Assembly (NCBI GenBank): GCA_051294375.1 | Contig: CM119263.1 | Coordinates: forward strand, 7,860,635 to 7,924,634 | Reading direction: 5' to 3' | Length of the DNA: 64,000 nucleotides | DNA from: Paraspadella gotoi | Lineage: Eukaryota > Animalia > Chaetognatha | Made by a program: the position numbers and the translations under genes | Notes under the pieces: model-generated | The model's input: the letters and a program-made list of their open reading frames with translations, nothing else | What the model was told of the DNA's origin: nothing | Databases searched by the model: none | Shown: piece after piece, positions 1-11,056 of the stretch | Numbering within the stretch: the stretch's first letter is position 1 | Layout: every line of letters begins with the position of its first letter

Positions 1-53
1 ATCCTCGTTACACACTTTTGAACGTTCCTTTGAAGGATGTATGCCGAATACGT

Positions 54-1485
54 TCATGAGTCTGCGGTAACATCTTTTCTGCCGTCCCGGATGTAACTCC
101 ATTCGCTGGAGGAAGACGAGCGCGCCCCTCCGCCTCGCGAGACGACGCAATTCGAGTCACTTTCTCCGATCGGCGGGGGGAGAAACGAAAGCTGATTGGT
201 CAACGAATAAACGCTTTCATTGGTTGACGGAGAAGGCGCTTAGGAGGAGGAGGAAGAGGAGAAAAAAACGTAAAAGGGAAAGGAGGAGGAAGAGGAGAAG
301 GAGAAGTAAAGCGTGAGGATTTGCGATGGGGAGAGACTAAGAAATCGAGACCTCGAATCAATTAGGGAGAAAAGAAGGAAAAAAACGGGGAAAAAGGAAA
401 AAGATGGAAAAAATGGAAAGAAGAGAGAAAGAGATGGAAGATATTTGATAAGGAGCGCGGCATCGGGACCCGATTCATGCTCCACACAAATACTTTTTCC
501 TTTTCACATTCGCCCCGTTAGACCTCCGGAATTTGACCTCGATCGTGGACCCAATTTTTAAAGAGCAAAATGTTTTGGAGCAGATGCGACTTATTTATTT
601 TTTGTCGCCTTTATTGTTAAAATGGATTGTCGGTCTACCTTTTCCCAAATTGTTTTGTTTTGAAGCTTGATTGGGATAAACTTATTACCTTAGGGTCATT
701 TTCTATACATATGTTGATTTTTTGTCATCGTGAAATTTTTTTCTTATCCGAAATTGAAAAATATTTAATAATTTATTAAATAGCAACAGTTCACATCTCA
801 CATTATCCAATCCAATCTGACGCCCTACGAGGTTCACAGTATCGATCCGCGTCGACTCAGTGAATCCAAGTAACTTCGAAGGACTCGTATCAAATGTTGA
901 ACATCTTCGTTGAGAACTCGATCCAATCCGTATTTACTTTGCGCTGGAGAAAATCCATTTCTTAAAAACTTCCGGTTTTCAAACACTCTGGAAAGTTCTC
1001 TCTCTCTCTCTCTCTCTCTCTCTCCCCCTGCCTTCATATCCCTTCTTCTGCTCTCTCTCTTTCTCCCCTCTTCTCTGCTCGCTTTTCCCCTCCTCCTCTC
1101 ATCTCCTTCCTCGTCTCTCTCTCTCCTCTCTGCCTCTCGTCATCCGTCATTCTCTACGGCGTTTTCTGTCTCGCTCTATCCTCCTCGCATTTGTCTTCTC
1201 TCCCTCTTCTCTGTGGCCGGCGCGTCGTGGCCCTGCCCCTCGCTTTCCGCGCCGCGGCCTCCCTCCGATAGCGGCCGTTCCACCCCGCTCTGTTCCAGTC
1301 TCTCTCTCTCGCTTCGTCTCTCTCTCTCTCTCGCTCCTCTCATCTTCTCCCGTCTTCCCCCGCGCCTCCTCGTTCTTTTTTCCTTTTTCTCCATACGCAG
1401 AGACTGAGGGATACAGCGGAAAGTTAATAGAAAGTTGATAGAGAAGGAAGGTTGAGAATAAGAGACAGGGAGAGAATAGAGAAAA

Positions 1486-1572
<87 letters not shown>

Positions 1573-1666
1573 CACCCTATTCAATCGTTCTAGGAATCTA
1601 CCCCCCTCCCGCTCGGTCTGCCTTCGTGGGGACTTCTTTTATTTTTGTTTGAAAAGAAAATCATAC

Positions 1667-1718
<52 letters not shown>

Positions 1719-2661
1719 GAGAAGAGAGAGAGAGAGAGAAGCGAGAGAGAGAGAGCGGGAAAGGAGAAAGAGTGGAAGGGAGTAAGAAAATACGGAGAAA
1801 GTGAGAGAAAAATAGATCCGGTAGAGAGAAAGATAGAGAGAGAAAGCGAGACCTCAATCCATTCATGTTTCTCCAATGGTGTCGAGATACTCGTTATATT
1901 TTTTCGATAAAACGTTTCCCTTCTGAAGTTTGAGCCGAAAAAAAACACTTCTTCTCTTCACCTCGCTGCTGTTTTGTTTTCATTGGTCGCTACGAAAATA
2001 ATTCAAAGAAAATAACCCAAAAATGTCGGTTCTCACGTTCGCGCGAGAAGCGCAACTAAACGCAGCCGAGGTCTCTCGATGGGACCAAGCTTTTAATTCC
2101 ATTAAAAAAAGAGGAAATTTGCGGTTTGCTTTGTTTCTCGTGTCTCATAAAGAGAGGGATTTGTTTATTTATCTCTCCTTTCTGGTCTCTCTATTTTCAT
2201 CATTCCACTGGCATTTCATGCTCGTCTGCCGTTACTATAACAGACTAATATCTAATATCTAACTCAATTACTTGTACGTATTTATCTATTTCCTCTTTTC
2301 ACCTCACCTTGCCCTTTTCTTTTTTGCTTTCCTCCTCTCGTCCCTTTCCCAACAGCTTCTCCTACCCCTCGATCTCACCTCCCATCCAACGTCTTTTGTT
2401 CCTCCTTCACCCACCTCCCTCCCTTTACCGTCGTCCGCGCAAACGTGCCGCGTTTCCGTTTCGGCGCCGCGCGTGCTTTTTACGAAAAAAAGAGGCGCGC
2501 GCAGCCGGAAATGGGCGCCGCCGTGTTGGGCGTCAGTCGCGGCGTCCCATTCATGTTGCAACAATGGAAGCGATGAAATACGCGCCCGGGAAAACATCCG
2601 GTTTTTTTTTTTTTGAAAGGCGCTGCCTCCTCGGGCGTCGACGCTAATAAGAACGATGAGA

Positions 2662-2703
<42 letters not shown>

Positions 2704-2738
2704 TCGACAGTGGTGGCCTCGCGTGGATGGCGACTCAT
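54..2738 (-). CDS. Putative secreted prepropeptide (3-exon model)
   Basis: Exons 2738-2429, 943-838 and 105-54 join in phase through GT-AG introns. The start has a gccATG context. The N-terminus is hydrophobic ([23 protein letters not shown]) and the C-terminus reads RR-GSILEWSYIRD-G-RK. No homolog was recognised, and the poly-Val comes from a (GTC)n repeat. Confidence 0.35.
1485..1569. repeat. (GA)n microsatellite
   Basis: Dinucleotide run. Similar runs occur at ~1672-1755, 3375-3462, 15076-15164, 22735-22842, 23406-23505, 48084-48142, 52395-52497, 58768-58853 and 59128-59232. Confidence 0.95.
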
Positions 2739-3415
2739 GGCGCCCTTAGATCTCGAGGTCTCGGGATCGAGGCGGGTCAAACGGCAGGAGGGTGGCGGAG
2801 GACAAATGGGTGAATGGAGCTCGATGAGGGTGGTGGATTGACTTTGAAACTAGGTTAATATTATTATACATAAAAGTAGTTAATTCGTTTATTGTTGATC
2901 TTAACTACAATAACGACGACGATTATGCGACAGAATTTGCAATTTGACTATGAAACTGGATATTTTGGCGATGAAAAATTTTTAACCTACCGACATCAAA
3001 TTCATTTCAACGTTTAAAATTAAATTTCCAGTTTTTCACTAATGACCTTTTTACTATATATCAATAAAAACTGGGTGTGTTTAACAGGGTGGGTCCGCCC
3101 GAAATATCAAAAGCAACGGGTTCAAAGAAAAAACCCGAATATCGGTTCGATTCGGTCAAAGGCAAATGGGCGACCACCTGCTTGCTTTGGGCTTTAATTG
3201 ATCCAATAAATTGAAAAGTTCTTTGTAGTTTTTTCTCTGGCCTCTGTGTCTTTGTTCGACTATGAGAAAGACCACAGAGAGCGAGCTAGCGAACGTTCGG
3301 GGAACTTTGTCCTGAAACCATTAAAAAGACCGGTCAGAGAAAAGGGAAAAGAAAGAGAAAGAAAGAGAAAGAAAGAGAGAGAGAGAGAGAGATAGAGAGA
3401 GAGAGCGAGAGAGAG

Positions 3416-3456
<41 letters not shown>

Positions 3457-4205
3457 AGAGAGATTCATGATTCCTGGAAAAAAGGAATCTGATTCTTTGT
3501 TTATCTGGAAAGGATCCGCCCATTTTTTTGTCCGAATCACTATTAACAAGGAAGGAGAGAGAGAGAGTGAGAGAGAGAGAGAGATCTTGTCCCCGTTTGA
3601 CAGCTATTCTGTATTTGTCATTTCTATACTTTCTTTTTAATTTCTTTTTTCTTTTTTGTTATTCTCTTTTCTTTAACCGGAATTTTGGTCAGAACTCGAG
3701 CTGGAATTTTTGATCCGGAATCCATGCCCTACTTTTTGGCGCAGTATCTTGACCCAGACGCGCTTCTGACACCAACGTAAAAAAAACCCGGCTTCTGACC
3801 TCCAATCTGGTCAAAGACAAACAATTTTTTTTTCTTTTCTTTTCTTTATTGATTTTCGGCCATTTTTTAAGTGAACCCCATCACGTGATACCTTCCTACA
3901 AAAGGGGAGGCCTTGAATATCCGGTGAATAAACATTAAAGCCCATAAACAAAAAAAAAACCAAAAAAAAAAACAACAAAAAAACCAATAAACAGGAGTAG
4001 TAATAATTATAAAATCACATCGGGTTCTCAAGATTTTAAACATTATAAAAAAAGAACAACCCTATTTGCGAGTATATTTTCATTTTGGAGAAAATGGGTG
4101 CATAACAGAAACAATTTTGTTTTGTAAATATTTTGACTTATTAGCTAATTCATTGTTTCTATAATGAATCTACTCGTCTATTACAATTATTCTAGTACCT
4201 ACACT

Positions 4206-4666
4206 CAAGGGCGGCGAGAGAAATGGCGGGCCCCTCCACTGGCCCCCTGGCCAGGTCCCCCCCTGCTCTCCATTATTTTATTTTTTAGTTTTCGATTACC
4301 GACTTTCTGGCTTGAAAATTAGGGGCTGTGGACGGGGCCAAAGAGCCACAGGGCCACATGGGCACAGGGCCACTGGGCCCCATTAAAAGTGAAATGGACT
4401 CTAACCCTGAGACAGTTGGGACATTACCAATAAAGGGGCCTTGATTTGACTTAAATAGGGGCCCAACTTGACTCCTAAAGTCTAAAGGGGCCCACGCATG
4501 ATCTAAGTTAAACTATCTGCACAGACTGAATCTTTTTTCATAATCACTCATTTCCTTTTTTTTTTTTCTTCTTCTTTTTTCTTCTTTTCTTTCCTTCGTT
4601 TTTTCTCTCTTCTCAGGGGCCCTTCCGGGCCCCTAACCTGGGATGTCCCCCCACTCCCCGCCCCTG
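4206..4666. mobile_element. hAT-like MITE
   Basis: 13-bp TIRs caagggcggcgag / ctccccgcccctg (2 mismatches) and an 8-bp TSD cctacact / cccacact (1 mismatch). Many internal gggccc motifs; no coding capacity. Confidence 0.7.
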
Positions 4667-4812
4667 CCCACACTGACTGAGAAGAACCCTACTATATTTT
4701 ATTGAATGGGTCAGAATTCCAACAAAACAAAACACTTTTTATGTGCTAATCAAATTTGTAGTCGGGCATTGCCTAGGTTCACCCCGCCTAGAAACATGAC
4801 GCTTTCAGTTGT

Positions 4813-5035
4813 GACCCGGTGGCTCATTGAGTAAAGCCATCAGCTCATGACCACTAGGTACCGGGTTCAATCCCAACACGGTACCTACCCTGCGGGAAGC
4901 GTGAGGACGGCCGTAAGCCGCCTTGGGGGCATGGCAAACCCTCAAGCCTGGTTCCAAGCCCAGGGACCCGTTCCATGGCTGCTAGAGGGGGTTATAGAAG
5001 TTACGGACAGTCATATTCAGCCCACGTAGCGCCTT
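4813..5035 (+). mobile_element. tRNA-derived SINE (Met-like head)
   Basis: A-box-like tggctcattgag and B-box ggttcaatccc, with a CAT triplet in the anticodon-like loop. The cloverleaf is broken and a GC-rich body follows. The 3' end is approximate. Confidence 0.6.
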
Positions 5036-5587
5036 ATCCACAAATTTGCTTTTAAAAATTAAAATGAAGGATACCGCTACAAACTTTTGATATTTAGTGA
5101 GCAATCATGATGTACTCGTTTAAATAATAAATGTAACCTAATGCATGTCATCGCAGGAAATGGACCAGTCTATTCGATTTTAGATAAGCAGCATTCGTAG
5201 ACTCTGGTGCAGTTGTCAATAATGGCTGATGGACGACGATTGACACCGAGGCAAGCAAGCAGATCAACAGGGAGAAGTCAGCTGGCTCATGAACGCCAAG
5301 CTTGTAACGATGGAACAAAGGATTTCACGATGAAACTGGCTTCCTCGTTCAAGCCACGATTTAGACAAACCGGCTCTTTCGTTCTATTATTTGGCTTTTT
5401 TCCGAGTCGCTGTTCATTTGTTCAAGTGTTCTATTGTTCTTTCTTGACGCTCTCGCTTCCTCGCGTCTCTATCAAACATCAACATTCCACCTCACCCACC
5501 AAGATCACCAACTAGCGTCGTATCTACGGACATTCGACGAAAATTTAACTTGGGAAAAAAAAAATTATTTCGAAGAAATAAATCGAT

Positions 5588-6313
5588 ATGCCGAACCTTT
5601 CGTTGGTGGGCCCCTTCCCGTCCGAGCTTCGCTCTCAACATGGGAACCCCGAGTCTTTCGTTGACTTCCGCAACGACTGCACAGATATCGTCTACTCCTT
5701 CTGGGTCAACTACGACGGTTTCCTGGTCAACCAAGGACGTATAAATCCGGGGGACACGATGTCGATCGACACCAGTGTTAATCATCCTTGGATCTTCTTC
5801 TTCCGAACCACTCGGGCGTTGGTAACTCGTAACTTTGGCGACTCCAATCACAACGGCTTCGTATATTATCCACCGTCGGCGACTAATCGCAATGAGCGGG
5901 CCCGCGTCTCCATCGCGATGGAGCCGTGGACGTTGCGCGACCAGATGATGCATTTCGTGGGGGAGATGGATGTCTTCATGCGGTTAGGACCCGACCACAT
6001 ACCGAGACACCTTATAGAAGACATTATGCGCCAAAAAGTCCTCGGGCACGCCATCGGTTCGACCTGCTTCGACATCCGCTCGAGCGCTCGCTCTAGTCGG
6101 CAAATTCAGAGGGAGACCGATCGCAACGCGTTATTGGGGTTCCTTTCGCTGGCGGAACACAACCGACGTTTAAGGATCCGAAGGCAACGGCAATTGGCGG
6201 GGCAATCCATTCGCCTACAAGTGCGGGAATTCGAGTTCGGAATCAGACATAGACTGAGAGAGATTCTCGCCAATGGCTCCGTCCCTAACGATTCTGACTA
6301 TGAGATGGAATGA
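5588..6313 (+). CDS. VHL-like: von Hippel-Lindau (pVHL)-like protein, single exon, divergent
   Basis: Beta-domain pattern LRS...FRN...FWVNYDG...NPG...T.VNHPWIF, a BC-box-like TLRDQMMHFV, and an IPRHLIEDI segment resembling the VHL-box end. Confidence 0.8.
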   Translation: MPNLSLVGPFPSELRSQHGNPESFVDFRNDCTDIVYSFWVNYDGFLVNQGRINPGDTMSIDTSVNHPWIFFFRTTRALVTRNFGDSNHNGFVYYPPSATNRNERARVSIAMEPWTLRDQMMHFVGEMDVFMRLGPDHIPRHLIEDIMRQKVLGHAIGSTCFDIRSSARSSRQIQRETDRNALLGFLSLAEHNRRLRIRRQRQLAGQSIRLQVREFEFGIRHRLREILANGSVPNDSDYEME

Positions 6314-7493
6314 ATGCGATACGAAGAAACCAATCTGCAGAATTTGATCCAATCTATCGAAATAAAGCTTGACGAAGAAAAAATCAATGATTGAATGAAA
6401 TTTTTTTTTTTTAGCTGTCTTCATGGTTATTTCTACGCGGTGGTCTAGAAAATTCTAAGTCTCAGTTAAAATTTTTGTTTTTGTTTGTAAAATGTTTATT
6501 TAATTGTTATTGGTTTTTTTTTCAATTTCTAACAGTTCCACTTGAATATGTTGACTATATGCAATATATGAATAATTTAGTTTCTTACGAAATCAAGCTT
6601 ACGTCATAATATAAGTTATGAAAATCCAGAAAACATTGCGTTTTTTTTTGTATCAGGACTTAAATATTGTAACAAACAATATATCTGCCATAAAAATCTT
6701 TGAATAAGTAGGGATAGCTCAAAACCCATGGGCGTTTAGATGGGTAGACACCCTCCACAAAGCCAAGTGGCCCGCGATTTTAAGGTGGCATTGGAAAAGC
6801 TCAAGGAAAATGAAAAAAATAGTTAAATTTTATTTCAAACAGTTTTGTAAAAGTTGAAAATGATAAAACCATGTACATAGATGATATGATAATTTCTTGT
6901 TATTTTTAAAATGACCCTAAAATTGTGAAACCTTTTTCTTGCGAAGTTGTGCAGTCAGCATTCAGGTGGTTCCAGGGCCCGCCAACAAAAATTGTTGGTC
7001 TAACCAACTGGCTACCACCGCCGCTACCTGTAGTGACGGACTTCAGTCAGATCCGTGGTTCTGAAGCTAACAAATGACAGCGGTAGTTTATTCTATCATT
7101 CTAGCACTAAAATTCATTATAATATGTCACATGGGCAATTTTTTTAGCTGCTTAACTTATGGAAATAGGGCTGAAAAAATGTCACCAATTCATTTATCAT
7201 TAGTCGTTATAACATGGAATGTAGCTTATCTTTTTCGTCTCAGATAAGCCAATTTTTTTCCTTCTCTTTTTCGTGGGAGAAGATTAAAACGGTGAACCTC
7301 TTTAAACGGTTCGAAGATCAAAATCATAAGAAGGAAGGGAAGATTTATTAAGATCAAATATCAAATTACTTTTGAAGAAACATTTGAAGAGAAATAAAAA
7401 AAAAGAGATCATAAAAAATCAGTCGGCGTCTTAAATTCTCACATCGTTTGATGAAAAAGGAGATTTTTTTCGTTGAAAATTTAAAATAAAAAC

Positions 7494-10431
7494 ATGGGCC
7501 GCCTCATTTGCTTGTTGGGTCTTCTCGCGTTTCAGGCTTGCAACGCTATTAACACCGAGGGTAAACAATAAAAAAAAATATATAAATCACTCCGACGAAA
7601 GGAATATTAGAAAAATAATCATTGAAATCGAGCAAAAACATCTTACAAATATTTTTTAGGTGAAATAACTCTAATAACGTTGGAAAAACAAAGTAATACG
7701 GCCAATCGGAGAACGGCGTCGCCATGTGGCAAAAACGAATTTCTATTTGAATGAAATTAAACCTTAAACAGTTACAAAATGAATATTATAGATTAATAAG
7801 TTAAAAACAGCTTTAAATACATAATCTAAGGACAAAAACACATAAGCTAAGTCAAAATCTGAACGCCAGAAAAATTACTTCATCTGGGTAGAAAATATGT
7901 TTTTTCCGCAATTATGTTTTTCTCGTCGGTAATTTGATGCTTTTCAATTTTGGCTTTTTGAGTAAAACTAAAACTAAAAGGGTCTTTTAGAATCGAGAGA
8001 GATATATTTAAAAAAATGGTTGGTAACTTTCAGAGAATGATTATAAAATTGCCATTGTGAAACAGTGAAAAGGCTAAACTCAAGAATTATATTTTTTTTT
8101 AGTTTAATCATACTGAAAATTACTTCAGAATACGACCGATGGTTTGGCAGCCATCCCCGAGCGGCCGTGGCCTGCGATTGGACTTTGCCAGATGCGGGGA
8201 TCCTCAAGAAGAATTACGTTGTCGTCTGTCCGGCCGAATGTCTCGGCCACGCCCATACCGTCACCGTTTTTGTAGGTTGAGAGAATACAGTGCACTTACT
8301 TTTTTGTGTTACAAGGGGTGAAAATTATTTATGACCGTATCTACTCATTTCGTCACTTACGCTTGATAAATGATAGTAGTTCGACCGAAAGAGAAATATA
8401 GAAAGAAATTTACATTTACATCTTGAGGGAAAAGCTATGTAGCAATGTGGTCTTTGCTGTGTGGTTATGAGAAGAGCGGTCACAGCTCATTGTTCCGTGG
8501 ACCTTGCTGCTGTGTTCATCGGCAGGTGGTCATTGGTCTGTGATTGTGGCAGTGTGGTCATTTCTGAACGAAATCATTTCTCATCCATCGCAGGGTGTCT
8601 CTAGATATTCGGTTCACTCGCCCGTTTGTTTGGCGGCGCTTCACGCCGGGGTCTTGAACGACTCCACAGGTGCTCAAAGACCAGTTATTCAAATAAACAT
8701 TACAAAGATTATTTTTAAACTCATTAATCTTTTTCCGTTTTTGCATTGGCTAACTACATCTTCATTTAAATTTAAAAAAACTGAGATGTCATAAATTGAA
8801 GGGGGCGAGGTTGAACTTAACGTCCTCGAAGGAGTCACTCGATTGGACGGATCCCTTCAAAACGGCGTCATCTCTCGTCCGTCCGACTCCGACTTTTTAA
8901 CCTTCGTCTTTGGAAAGAAAGGTAAGAGGGAACGCAATTTTCCCGATTATCCCAATTACCAAGAACAAGATCACAAAAACATTCACGATCAAAATTAAAA
9001 ACTTTTTTAAACATGCAGAACCAACGCCTACGCCGAAACCCGATGGTAAATAATCTGGAATTTGAGGAATACATTGTTCAATACATTGTTCAATAGTTCT
9101 AATATCGTCTTTAAATTTCCTCCCGCCCGAGAAGCATGCTCCTGCTGCAAGGAAGCCACCGTCGACGTCGTCTTCGTCGTCGATTCTTCCGTCAGCGTCG
9201 GCGAGAAGGACTTCAAACTTGCGATGGAGTTCCTCAAAGACTTGACGAACCTCTTCGAGATCTCCAAGACCAAAACTCGGGTCGGGCTAGTCGTCTTCAA
9301 CACTAATCCCACCACGTGGTTCAAATTACCAAGGTAAGTTAGATTCGGAATTCAACTTTGGTTTTGGTTCAATTTCTTTTGTTTAAATTTCAATCGAGCC
9401 AAATTTAAATTAAAGATTCTAACTCCAGATGGACTACGAAGGAAGCCGTTATGAAGGCTTTGGATTCAATCCCTTATCATAACGGCGGAACTTACATCGG
9501 AAAAGCTCTCTACAAAGTTGACAAAGATATGATCTTTCGCTCCGGCGACGACGTTCAGAAGGTTTTAGTCCCCTATTTTCCGGTTGACCTATGTTTCACC
9601 ACAGAAGTATTAAAGAGGAATACAAAATTAAAAAATACCACCCGCTAAAGTTTCTATATTTCTAAGTTTCTAAATTTCTTAGTTTTCTAAGCTTCTATGG
9701 CAACAGCCGGGTTGCCTGTGATGCCCATTGGGATGGGGCATCTCACTGTTGGCTTTGGGGGCTTCCGACCCTCAGTGACGCATCCAGTCACTGGCGCGGT
9801 TACCCTAGGACGGTCTCGCTTTGCCAACGCAGAGGGAAGTCTTTAGGACTGTGGATGGAACACTACGCCTGGGATGGTGTGTTCCCCCTCTGAGCCAATG
9901 GATTTGGCTGAAGGATGACGGACGTGAGGCGGTGTGAATATACCGCCACACTTCTATATTTCTAAGTTTCTAAATTTCCAAGTTTTCTAAGTTTCTAAGT
10001 TTCGTTGTCGTTCTTGTTATTCTCCAGGTGGTGATCGTACTGAGCGACGGGAAATCCTTCGACACGGTGAAGCGACCCGTCGACCGCCTCATCGCCAAGA
10101 AAGTAAAGATGATCTCTTTAGGAATCGGGAGATCCAGACAACTCGGCGCCAAGACGCTTGAGCTTATTGCCGATGATGTCAAGGTGAGGAATTATATTTC
10201 ATTTATCCGAGATTATTATCCATAATCGTTGGGAATCAGTTATGAAATACAATTTAATGTTGTTAAATGAACGGTGAAACAAATCATACAGAATTATTCG
10301 TAAAGTAATACTTTTAATAAATACCAAAATGCCAGGAAAACGTTTTCTCGATCGAGACCTATACCGTACTGAAGACCTACGTGGGATCTCTGGCCAGCCG
10401 ATTGGCTTCCATTATCAAATGTCCCAAATGA
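7494..10431 (+). CDS. Secreted LCCL + single VWA domain protein (cochlin/vitrin-like)
   Basis: Exons 7494-7560, 8129-8271, 8594-8669, 8802-8921, 9019-9045, 9135(or 9132)-9333, 9429-9561, 10028-10183, 10336-10431, all in phase. Signal peptide MGRLICLLGLLAFQACNA. LCCL motifs CPAEC, VFG..RY..HSPVCLAALHAGVL and GSLQNGVIS. The VWA domain has an intact MIDAS (DSSVS, GGT, LSDG). Confidence 0.85.
9698..9950. mobile_element. Solo-LTR-like 253-bp insertion in an intron
   Basis: GC-rich block with TG...CA ends, flanked by the direct repeat cttcta (9692-9697, 9951-9956) and lying within a tttctaag tandem repeat. Confidence 0.55.
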
Positions 10432-10829
10432 AGGCCTCCGATGGATGTCCATTTCTATTGCATTTCAATGAGATGATAGTGAGAATCTTCGATGGGACAG
10501 AGTTTAGAAATTAAAGTCACTTTTATAATTTGATAAAATTGAATTAAGATTAATAAGCAGAGTACTATTAGTGGTTTAAACGTAAAGTTGTTTCCTTACT
10601 AAATCCTCGATAGATATTCTCTCTTCCAAACAAATTGTGAATGTTTATCTCACTCTTCGTTTTTGAGACAAGAAATAAAAGTTACAAGTGGGTTTCAAAT
10701 ATTTTATAATCATTAAATTATATCAGATTGATCGACCGATTAGCATTCTCAAAAACAAAACGGAAAGGATCTCAAAACTGGAATGTCGAAACGAATTAAA
10801 TAATAAATAAAAATAAAGAAAATACGTGG

Positions 10830-11023
10830 TTACAGCCAGGTGACATCGTCAGTGACAACGCTATCATTGTTGTCTTCAAATTTTCCGACGTCGCCGACTT
10901 TTTCAACGCTCTCGTCGACGACATTCTCGACGCTGGTGTCGGCGTTTTCCGTGTGTCGACTGTCTCTACGCACATCTTCGTAGGCGTTGAAGTCACTATT
11001 AGCTATATCGTCCTTCTCGTCGA

Positions 11024-11056
<33 letters not shown>

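Noticed and set aside
240-1948. ORFs rich in SL/ER/RE (also at 15.0, 52.0-52.6 and 58.5-59.3 kb)
   Set aside because: They are translations of (GA)n microsatellites and purine tracts.
3086-3180. Possible MITE (cagggtgggtccgccc ... gggcgaccacctg)
   Set aside because: TIRs need gaps to align and no TSD is visible.
4813-4885. Functional tRNA genes (also the heads at 18405 and 32454)
   Set aside because: Anticodon and other stems pair poorly, and the heads continue into SINE bodies.
8547-8560. tggcagtgtggtca resembles the 5' part of miR-34
   Set aside because: No complementary arm for a pre-miRNA hairpin, and the match ends after ~12 nt.
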